Below are positions 41,701-52,400 of a DNA stretch of 64,000 nt, piece after piece. The notes under the pieces were generated by a model. That model was not told the origin of the DNA. It made no database searches and saw only the letters and a program-made list of their open reading frames with translations. The position numbers and the translations under genes were made by a program. The stretch spans positions 67,828,001-67,892,000 of the forward strand of contig CM060732.1 in the NCBI GenBank assembly GCA_030704615.1. The letters are read 5' to 3'. Numbering within the stretch: the first letter of the stretch is position 1; every line of letters begins with the position of its first letter. The stretch comes from Takakia lepidozioides (lineage: Eukaryota > Plantae > Bryophyta).

Positions 41701-41851
41701 CATGAACTTTTTGTTGCAGCGTTTGCTGGCGTTTTTCGCGCAGCTCTTCTGCCGTCTTCGGCACTGGCGCTGTGCGGTTCGTGTCGAGGTTCAACTTCGG
41801 ACTACATTGGTGCCTTCTAAAAGAATTGCGCGACACAGCTTTGGTGTCCAT
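26724..41851 (-). CDS. Large CEP295/Ana1-like protein (~1,886 aa): conserved N-terminal coiled-coil domain plus long Ser/Arg/Pro-rich disordered region
   Basis: 16 phase-consistent GT-AG exons: 41851-41657, 41463-41368, 40717-40622, 40383-40267, 39684-39601, 39376-39232, 38526-38276, 37886-37706, 35703-34313, 33567-33004, 32635-31931, 31716-31537, 30486-29805, 29004-28725, 28011-27381, 26786-26724. The spliced N-terminus reads LSTEEAANSIREYQEKLRTNRILQVRAQE...LLNHLKEVWREDQRKRIASLEEEFVSACQSIGLSHDAA...DAWLAAE...KRGYTA. Confidence 0.72.
38044..38215. repeat. Interspersed ~170-bp intronic repeat family (possibly an L1-type 3' end on the minus strand)
   Basis: CAGAAATGCTTGGCAGCTTA...CCCATAAGCTCTTTGAGCTTTCCGCGGACGTTATAAAGTACCATTTCATTT. 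Also at ~53215-53330, ~53338-53515 and ~56090-56262, with weaker copies at ~30880 and ~31125. Confidence 0.8.
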
Positions 41852-43433
41852 TCTCACCGCAACTTTCCAACTTTTCAAACGTTTAGGAAAACATTTCTCT
41901 GTTTCTCTTTCTCCGAGACTATGTCCTCATGTCTCTCAAAAACCTTGTACACATCATATCTCATGCAGTGTATCTTTCTTCTCATTCTCAACCTCCACGT
42001 CCTTTTCTCCCTCCATCCTTCTCAACTAACAATTTACTAAAATTTCTCCTCTCCAGCATCCCTCCCATACTCAGCTTACACAAATCCTTTCCTGTCTCTC
42101 AATCTCTCTCCCTCTCCCCCATTCTTTCACTCGCGCACAATTTGGTTCTGTCACTGAGAAGAGCAACGTAATTGCGAGCAGACCGAAACCAATCCACAGC
42201 ACAGGCCGCGAGCGTCTCCAAGTTTCCCGCGCGCTTTCTTTGCCTGCGTAGCTATAGCGCAGGTAGCGCAGGGCCGCAGTTAGTTGGGAACTTGGAGACG
42301 CTCGTTTTTTACTATTCTCATACTTTTTTTGTTTTTGTTTTTGTTTTCGTTTAAGCAAAATCGTTGGACACTTTTATTTCTTAAAAGGGGCCACTCAGGC
42401 CTGGTAATCAAATTAAAAAGCAAGGAAAAAATGTATTTGTGTACAAAATAGATCGAGTGAGCAGTCGCTCCCAGGTTTCCTCTATTTAAATGCTTAAAAA
42501 ATTTAAATTTTATTAAATAAATTTTCAGGGCCATTGTCCCCTGTCATCCAAAAACAAATAAAAAAATAAAAAATTACTAGGTGTAACAGGCAAATAATAT
42601 TTTTCAGGATAAATATATAGTCTACATATAATGGGGTTCAAAAATAGTCGAGTCTTATTTGTAATAACAAGGAAAAAACAAAGAGCAGAATCAGTTTTTC
42701 TAAAGTTTTCTAAATTCTTTAATCGTCTGTGATATAACTGTCATTAACTGTCGTACCCCTTTGTGTGTAACGAGATTGCCCCTCCAAACAAGAGATTGAT
42801 CGAAATCTTGGCGATGATGAAGTATATAGCTTGCAGTCACTGATCCACAGCCATTCTTTTGTTTTCAGTTCCATCACAGAGCCTGGCGATGCTCAGTTGC
42901 AGCTGATTGTTGAGAGAGCAAGGGATTCGCTCAGTGGAAGAATGTCCTCATTGCATTATGCCCGCAAAGCAGAGAGTGTCTGACAGATGAGAGGCAATGC
43001 AAGAAAAATGTACTCAGTAGACTGCTTGCATCTAGCTTTGTGGCCACTTGCTTCCAGAGCAAGAACAGGAAAGGGGTGTAGAGCCAGGGTGGGGCTCATA
43101 CAGCTCAATCTGGGGAAAAACTCGCAAGTGGTAATAACCAATAGGTGTGTTCTGTTGGATAGTTCTCTTGCAGTTTTCTTCCACTTGACTCACCAGAGTA
43201 GGGATGGTCTACCAAGGACCACCAAAGCACAGCAGCAAATAAAGTGATCGAGGAATGCCATCCATAGCAGTGACAGGACCTGCTATAACCTGACCAGCTC
43301 TTCAAAACTAGCTACAGAATTTTGACTGAAGAACAATGTAGAACCTGCACTAGTGTTACGGAGACTTTCTCCAGAAAATGGTACAGAGGAAACTCTAGGA
43401 ATGGTTTTACGACAAGGCGCTACCTGGCTACTA

Positions 43434-46400
43434 CTACATCCATAATTCAGGTGAGTCACGAATCCACTTTGTTGCAACCCACTTCTCCCCTTTGATTACC
43501 GGACAGCTCCCATGTAATGCAGTCTGTTGAAAGCGAAACGTGAATTGAACATTAAGACAACACCTACCCATACAGAGCACATCTACCACTTGGTTCACAA
43601 CATACGAGACTTTCAAAGCAGTAAAACATGCTCATTGAAGCATGCTTCTAATACTATTCCAACATGAGAGGGAGGCAGAGGCAAACAATCAAATAACAAA
43701 TGTATAGGATGCAACCGCCATTCGATATTGCATCCAAGAAGGTAGCCAGAAGACAAGTGGGGATGTTGGCATTAATGCAACAAAGCCATAGCCAAAATTA
43801 GTGTTTACCTTGTCAAACGTGCGATTGGGTAGCATGGAGTAGAAAAGTAGAGCATCCCCTTGCCGAGGCTTCACTTTCAAACCAATGCAGTCCTTGTAAT
43901 TGTAGCCTATGTCCATGTTCTGATAGTTCTGTCAAGTACACACTTTGGAATCAGACAAATTATGAAAAGCTATGGATTACCATTCAACTCACAAATACTA
44001 AATTATGAAAAGCTATGGATTACCCTTCAACTCACAAATACTAAATTAGGAAAGAGCTAATCTCAAAGTGTCAAATGTTGTGGCGGATTAGACAAGTAAT
44101 TATCTGGAACAGAGAAGGGAAAAACTTGAAGAGCTATGGTATCTTCTTACCTCATAAGGAAACATAGTCTCTCCACCTTCCTCCACATCAGAGAGGTACA
44201 GGAGAAATGATGCCATCTGAATCACAATTTATAAACATGGACGACCAAAAAGTTGCAATGAGAGTAATGTAGCTTTACATGGTGCTTGCCTGTACTCAGT
44301 CTAGGGACAAGCTGCACATCGTGTCTGTGAGCAGACAATACACAAGATGGAGAAATGCAGAGAGAATGGACCAGCTGTCCTTAGGAGAAGCTGGAAAGGC
44401 AGAGCTTGGGATCGCCACTGCCTATTCCACCTACCCAGAGAGAAATGTTACTCTCTGCCAGTCCTATATAAACTTGGCCATGACGGACCTTTGGGGCATG
44501 GTGAAGTTGACAGTTGTCCTCAGGGAATGCATGAGAGGGTTTCTATCCACTTGGACATGAAACTGAGCTTGAGATTGAAATAGCACTAGCATGCCAACTT
44601 TAATGCATTATAAGGGATTAAGTGTGGATTTGAATGCAGGTAAAACAATCACAAAAAGAAATGTAATGGTGATTTTAGCACTGCTATTAAAGCCCTATAC
44701 CCTAGAAAGATGTGGCTGCAGCAGAGTAAACCTAAGAGATAGACTGAGAAAGTGACAGATACCCGCTGACTCCTCTGAGGTCCATACTCAGCTGGATTGA
44801 ACACATCATAATGACAATTGTACTTCTGGCCCAGTTCGTATCGCAAGACATTGAATGCCTGCCACAATCCACTTGTGCATATTAGCCAAGCAGAAAAGCT
44901 GAGAGAACAAATACACAGAGAAGAAACTGCCAAACCTTGCCCCATCACAGCAACAATCCATTTGCTTTTTCTCTCTTTCACCCCAAACCAGAAGGTGGAA
45001 ACAAAGTTTCGCCTAAACATACCTCACAGCTCAACGCATGACCGGAGAGGACTCGCTGACTAACAAATCACCATCTAATCCGACATACTGAAAAGTGATT
45101 TTGAAGCTCCAGCATTGAAGTCATTCAAACTGAGTCAAAGTTCAAAGTTCATCAGTTGCCGCTAATAACAGAAAGATCTCAAGCCAAAAACACTCGAATG
45201 AAGGGCTTGCAAACCTCTCCATGTGCTCGGGGTACCATGGTCATCCTGGCCATCTTCTCTTCCACCCACTCCAGTGTCTTCGATGGGTCGTGCTTTGAGT
45301 TTAAGAATGTACCCGAACTGTCTTGCAAAACAAGCACCAAGCCACTTATGACCCACCTTCAGTTTTCTCTCTTTTGTTGAGGGAAAAGGGAAAAACAGTA
45401 CGGTGCCTGAAACAAGCCCACACAATTGGCAAGCCAAGAAAGCTCAAGACACCAACCTGGACTCCTTAAAATCCCTCTTTCTCCCTCTCTCTCTCTCTCT
45501 CTCACACAGCTCCAGCTCGGATGTGGATTTGAAAAGAGGACCAAGTGCCCCAACCACTGGGCTATCTGTTGGAAGGTTTAAGACATCACACTGGAGCCTT
45601 TATATTCTACATGCCCTTCAGGCTCCCAGGGGGCAAGAGAATTTCTTTCATTCTTTTCACTTCTCTCTCTCTATGTGACCCATAACCCTGGTGGGTGTGA
45701 ACCCAACAAAAGCTCCTGGAGAGTTAGTTTCCCGCAAGGTCAATGGCTGTAAGGCCATGGCAAGCCAACGTTCGCAGGGAACAGCATGAGTACATTCTAT
45801 GTGGCCCATCTCAGATAAACACCCATCTTCCTTCCCTCTCCACAGATTTATGCTCTATCCAAAAAGGTGTCCTGACTTTTGCAGCAAGACCAAGCACAAT
45901 GTAGGTCCTCCTTTCAACCCTCTTCTCCCCCCACTCTGACTGACAGTAGTGGATATCTGTACCTACACAACTGCCTGCAAGCTGTTCATGAGAGCACAAT
46001 CAGACATGTTTACCATCAGACCTGGTTCGAATCTCTTGGGTAGAGCCGACACTTTCTCCTTTCCGTAGAGCCACAGCAGAGGGGGTGAGATGTGACCGGG
46101 CGAGTGATATTATCTTTTCACACTGGTGCTTGCTTGCAAAATTTGGAAACAGCAATGCACGGGGCTTCCAACTCAGAACCTGTCCAATGTCAAAGTAAGA
46201 GGGTAGCATGGGACAGAAACACTTGGAAGATTTCTCCTGCAGTGTCTGCATAGCTTCAAATAATGACTAGTAAACCAGGTGTTAGCTGAATTTGAGATGG
46301 GACCTGCTTCTCAGGTGAGTGCTTGCACAAAGTGGGCTTATGCAATGTTCCATGCAAGGATGACAATGCAAACAGATTGATGCACATCGCTATCAGGTCC

Positions 46401-47039
46401 TGACAGACATATCATTACATGAGCATCGAGGTGGCTTCCCCTGAGCACACTGACGATGAGAGGGACTAACACGGACTTCTCAATGTGAAAACAAGAGAAC
46501 ATAGAGTGAAGCCCTGCCTGGACCTTACACACAAAAGAGCTAGAGACTTAAAGACTCCACAAAAGTACCACAAGACTACCTGGAAGGGGATGGATGAAAT
46601 AGTGCTGTCCCCAGTCTCACCATGCGGAAAGATCACTGGTTCTTCACCATCCTTCGTCTCAATCAGTTTTTTCCGTTGCACTCGATCATACACGCTTTCT
46701 TCTTCATCCTGTTTCAAAATATTCTTTCTCCAGATTACCACCGGAATACCAGGCTACCTTGAGGTCTGAGCTTCACTTTTTCTAAGAAGCTGGCCAAAGG
46801 CTTGCAAGGGACGATGGCGCTTTGCCACTCGAAGCTGCTTCTCTGCAAATGACGCTCATACTTCACCTCAGCAGTGAACTCACTAACCAAAATCTCTTCA
46901 AACAGTTTTTACCAACCTGAAAGAAAGATGTTGAGCTGTAGAAACCCGCAAGGAAGAAGAAGGTGCACAAAACCATCACGAGAGGCAGGGACAGCTTGCA
47001 AGTGAAGGCTACTGAACCCCTTCCCCTCCTTGCTTTCAT
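43434..47039 (-). CDS. P4H: Prolyl 4-hydroxylase (type II membrane, P4H9/13-like), 294 aa
   Basis: Exons 47039-46917, 46708-46580, 46179-46022, 45317-45215, 44858-44763, 44216-44151, 43928-43809, 43523-43434. N-terminal TM (LPLVMVLCTFFFLAGFY), VLSWKPRA, HYD, YLSDVEEGGETMFP, LHGSCPVIKGEKWVATKWIR. Probable 5'UTR intron at ~48371-47059. Confidence 0.96.
45725..45800 (+). mobile_element. Short diverged LINE 3'-end fragment in a P4H intron
   Basis: GGTCAATGGCTGTAAGGCCATGGCAA...ATGAGTACATTCT resembles 4033-4080. Confidence 0.7.
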
Positions 47040-47921
47040 TGTTGGCTGACTCTCACTCCTGCCGAGAGGGAAAAAGTCAATCCAGTTTCCTTTGAAGTAT
47101 GATTCTTAAATTCGCATCCTGAAAATCAGCATTTCTCTCTTGAATCGTGTGCAGTGGTTGCAGCATTCTTCTGATGAGTCAAATCAATTGTCATTCAAGT
47201 CATAAACATGAACCCTTGACATAATACACATGTGCACTTCTCTCTTGGTACAGTCTGCCCATGTGCATACATATGCAGCTCAAGATTCCTACTCCAGATT
47301 CACTATACAGTCCTCTCAGACAGCTCCAAAATCCTGACCAATCAAGCTAGGCCCCCAAACCTCTGATCGTCTATGCTCATCTGCTCAAAACCAGGAGGCA
47401 ATAGGATGTGATTGAAAGCGAAGTGTGTGTGCCTCTTTCTCTAGGGCAGCTTGGCCTTCTCACATTGTTGTGCAGTTTGCGTCTGTAAATCCTTTGAACT
47501 GACTCCCTGCCTTTCTTGCTGATTCTACACTCATCCAATAACTCTGTTCAAGGCCTGTATGAACCCATATTATGTCACAATCCAAGCAATGTACAGCTAT
47601 AGCATTTCCACTACACCTGTGCATTGAACGTTCCCATTTACCTCAAAATGCACCACTGCACCCCTTTTTCCAGGCGAAGGACTTTCAGACAGCCGTGGAC
47701 TTGCTTGATGCATCCACGTCTGTCAAAAGAAGTGTGGCATCCTCTTCTCCTTCCAAATCTCTATGCAATTCCTGTCGATGTGATTCATCTACCCGGTGGT
47801 CTGGAATATTCTCCAAAGACACCGTTACTCGGATCTGTCTTACCGGAACACAGCAGGGAGTGAGAGGCAGTCTGGATGAATCAGATAATCCACGGGCAGT
47901 GTGTACTCTGCTTAAGTGTGC

Positions 47922-47952
<31 letters not shown>

Positions 47953-49483
47953 CTGCCTACATCTTTAATCGCTTTCCCTGACTAACGTATCTGTAAATAG
48001 TGTCGATCCTACGAATGCCTCTCCGAAAGACTGCGACTCTTATCACTCCTCTATCCGCCAAACTGTACACCTTCCGTCCTACTCATGAATGTGAAAATTG
48101 CAAACATGTTACGAGAGCATAATTTATGGAAGAATGTCATTCTCAAGACCGATTCCACGTTGTCAACACGATACACTCTTGGTGAATAGCAGACCTACTA
48201 ACATGTTTATAAAAAAGTGTGGAAACAGCCTGTAGTGTGAATCAACACTACATCCACCAACAAACATGCTATCGTGTGTGGAATCCAGCACAAACCTGGG
48301 TGTGATCGGTGTGAATCTGTGCTTAGAGAGTAATCCAATGATATATCACGGATCAGTGCGAAGCAACTTACCTCCTGACGTGTGTATTAAAGTGCGGAAG
48401 CAGTGTGCCTTTCTCTTCCGCCACTCGGACCGTCTCGAGGCTTCTCTCGCCAACACACCAGAGCATCCTCAGAAAATTGAAGAAACTGTAAACCGTGGAT
48501 TGATCAGATATGGACGGCACGCATAGAATAATATATTGTCTCGCAATCTACGACCCAAAACTTATGCCGTGTAAGCTCGCAAGGGTGAGATGGAATTTCC
48601 GAAGAGACATGAGATGTTCTGTATCCACGTGAGGTGCTGGAATGAACAGCTCACAAACATTCCAAGATACTCAAATTGAACTGCGACAGTTGCCAACGTG
48701 CGGGAAAATTCCACATCTCCCGACTTCAACGCTAATCATACCTTATGACATGTTCTCCGCTGTGCAATTTGTACTAAAGTAATCACGGCACCTCGGCATA
48801 CCAGTTATACCTACTCGATATACAAATAAGGCAAGTTCTTTGTTCTGACTTGCAGCGGTTTCCATCTCTATTTTGGATCTATCGGTGAATCTGTTGTGGA
48901 TTGGGTTGGTCAGTTGTATTACCCATCATTCAGGGAGCTTTGTTATACGTTGATCTTCGACTGTTTCAGCACTGGAGCCTTCTTCGCCTGTCTATGCAGG
49001 GTAGCCAGCCCTTGGTGGTTATTGACAGTGAGAGCAGAGTGAGGGTGAAAGCAGGCGAACTTGGAAATGTATGGAAAAGGCTGGAGATATTGGGATTTGG
49101 CAGAGTTCGATAAGGATTTGAACAGGATCACTGTCACCATTTGCAGGCTGTCAAGTATTTTGGTGCAAGGTGGAGGTTCGCTGTGAGACCTTCCTGGCAG
49201 ATCTTGTGGAAGGTGATGCAATTCCAGTGCAGATGCATGTGAAGTCGAAGTGGATACCAAGTGTTGTAGGTATGAATGATGATGTTTTGTTGGCAGCCGA
49301 CAAGGACAACAAATTGTCCAGGATCAAGATTCTCTTCAAAGTCGGGTTGGTGGGTACATTCGCGCTTAGCGCTGTGGGAGACCTAATTTCGTTCAGCAAG
49401 TTACAATCCTGACACCTTGACGTCTTCTACTACACTCCACTGTTTTTTGCGTTGTATGTCGAAAACAAGCTAGAGATGTAGAT

Positions 49484-52400
49484 ATGACCCGGCGCGAGAA
49501 AAGGATAATGCTTCCCTGGCTTGATGGGCCCGGGGGATCAGCATCCACATCTGCCTCGCATCCTGCATCATTGCACCCATATGCGCGCAAAAAACACTTG
49601 TACGTCCACTTTCTCAACTCGTTTCAGAATTTCCGATGCTAGATACTTGATGGGCTGTCAACTAATGAATCTCCTGACCTTTTCGCAAGTGAGTTCCCAG
49701 TTTTGGGTCATTTGTCATTGTAGGTTTGATGCAAGGCTCTGTCACATTTCTATTGGTATTGTTCGAGGCATGGTCGGATGGACTTGCGTTCCTTGTTACC
49801 AAGCGTAGAACCCACAATCTGCTGACGGTGGCTGGTAGATTAGAATCACACTTCACCTTACTAGAAAACAGCAACACTACTGATGGAAATTTTACATTCA
49901 CTTCAGCAATGTGTCCTTTCCATTCCATGTCTATGCAGAAGCTGGCTAAAATCTGACTCTTTGAGTAGCAGGTGGGACAGGCTGTCTTCTAGTGACAGGT
50001 TAGGGTTTTTGGTCCTCTCAGCATTTTTGGAATTTCAAACCCAGGAGCCTACTGAGAATGCAATTAAAGCATTTGCGTTTGGATGCAGAGGAGAGAACGT
50101 AGTACGGTTGCTGGCATGGAGGGAGGTAGCACCTAGTGTGAAGACAGCCCATCGTCAGTTATGGGGAGGTACAGCTGCTTGGAGTGTTGCATGGACTGGT
50201 CTACAGCGAGAAACAACCAACGCTAAACAGGCCCTCATCTCATGGTGTGTCTCTCCCTTCCCTCTTTTTTGCTGTCAAGGGGTTACTTAGCAGTGAAGAA
50301 GATCATTGCTCCACGATAACAGACTTGCCTTACTGTGGTGGTTCTGGGGGTCACTCCAAACATAGTCATGACTTAGAAGCCGTCGAAGCCCTCTCCCGAA
50401 CAACTAGTGTTGCTGTCAGAGGGAAGTCCAGTTGTCTTGCTCGAGGAGACGGGAGTGTAGCTTAGAGTCGGTGAGCCAAATTGGCACGCATGGATGAGAT
50501 CACGTACCCAAAATTTAGTTTACTCTCTCATAAGGATGCAAGAAAGACCTGTCAAACTGGCCAAGTCATGGGGGAAAAGGGCAGAACTATTTTTAGGGCC
50601 CTAAATATTCTCAAAAACTGAGTGGAGGAGATAGAGGCCAAGTTAGTCAGATAAAGTCTGCTGAGCTTCATGGCCCACGCTTTTTGGGCAGTGCTTCTTC
50701 TTAGCCTTACTACCCTTCTCAGTTTATTGAAGAATGAGTGGAACTGAAGGGGGCTGCCCACTGAGCTGAGGTTCAAACTTAGTGGTGTGATTACTCTACC
50801 CATAGAACTACTTGTTGGGGAGTCATTATGTCGGTGGACATGGGAGGGCATAACAGACATATTCTGTTGCATTGCACGGTCTTTTGCAAAGAGGGGGGGA
50901 GGGAGAGAGTTTTCTACCGGAAACCTTGTGATCCTCGATCATGTGTCTGGGTTGGCTAGAGCAAAAGGGGGATGGGGGCCAGAAGGGGGGAGGGGAGAGC
51001 AGCATGAAAGCCACTACCACTGTTGGTATCTTGCTTTAGTAGTGGTACAATAGACTGGTTGTGGCCCTCCAGATTGCTCCAGAAGGGCCTTTAGCTTTGC
51101 ATCACAGTGATGCAAAAGGTCACCCGATTCCAACCCAAGGAGGGTCACAGCTTTTTGCACCCTCTTGAGATTATCAAATTTATCAAAGAGAGTGCATATA
51201 CTCTTGATTGATGCAAGGAGGGCTTCCCATCTTTCTCCTGTCTATATCATTTTATTTTCCCATTCTTAGGACTCCTTAGGGTCGCCCTAAGGAGTCCTAA
51301 GGGCAATTATAAGTAATAATTTACATCTTTCAATTTTCCCCTTCTTAGGACTCCCAAAGGAGTCCTAAAAGCAATTATAGATAATAATTTATATGTTTCT
51401 ATTTTCCTTCTTTTTATAACCCCTTAGGTTGTCGAAACGGGTCTTAAGGGCAATTATTTATGTCTTTCCATTTTTCTCCTCTTAGGACTGTTCTAAGAAG
51501 TCATAAGGGTAATTATAAATAATAATTTATATGTTTTTATTTTTCCCCCTCTTAGGACTCTTTAGGGCGGCCTAAAGTAGTCCTAAGGGCAATTATAAAT
51601 AATAATTTATATATTTTTAGTCCTAAGGGCAATTATAAATATATATCTTTCCATTTTCCCTCCTCTTAGGAGGCTAATATAAATAACAATTCTCCACTAA
51701 AGCCTAAAGCCCTGGCCCTCTTGGGGCTTTCTAGAGGATATCTGGAAAACCCAAACTAATTGTCTTTATCAAGGTAAGTCACCTTACCGGAGTGAGCCCC
51801 TCACAAAGGTAGTTTCTTCTCCCTTTTGTTCCACTGGGAGCAGGGTCTATGGCCGCAAGGCTACGGCAAACAACGTCTTATGAGTACATTCTCTCTCCCT
51901 CCACTGCTGCAGTGAGCCCTTCACAAAGTTAGTGTATGTTCCCGTTTCGCCCAAACTGGGTGTGGGGTCTATGACCACAAGGCTACGGCAAACAATGTCT
52001 CATGAGTACATCCTCTCCCTCTCTTTCTCCCCTTGGCCCATCAAGGCATTTGGTCTCCTGTTGTATGGGCAGCAAGTATGGTTCATCTGTGGCGTATGTC
52101 TTGTTATTAGTTTTCTTTTTGGTCACTCATGACTGCTTTGACAGGTGCAGTCAACCATTTTCACAGATTTTTCGTATCAAATTCTTCATTTGTGCAGGTT
52201 TGAGGCTGAATCACTTCAACATTGTAGCGCCAAATACTGCCCTCTTCACCCAGCTCCTCGGTCGACTATCGCAGCTGCTTTTAGCCCCGACGGCAACACA
52301 CTTGCCTCCACCCAGTAAGTACCTTCCCTTCTCTTCCTCTCTCTCTCCGTAGCCCACGCTTCAAAGGACAATATTTTTGAGTGGAGGGAGCTATTGATTA

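Noticed and set aside
50520-51235. Possible L1 linker fragment on the minus strand
   Set aside because: No diagnostic RT or endonuclease motif is visible.
51245-51690. CRISPR-like array of palindromic repeats
   Set aside because: The linkers are homologous to each other rather than unique spacers, the units are degenerate, there are no cas genes, and it lies in a eukaryotic intron.
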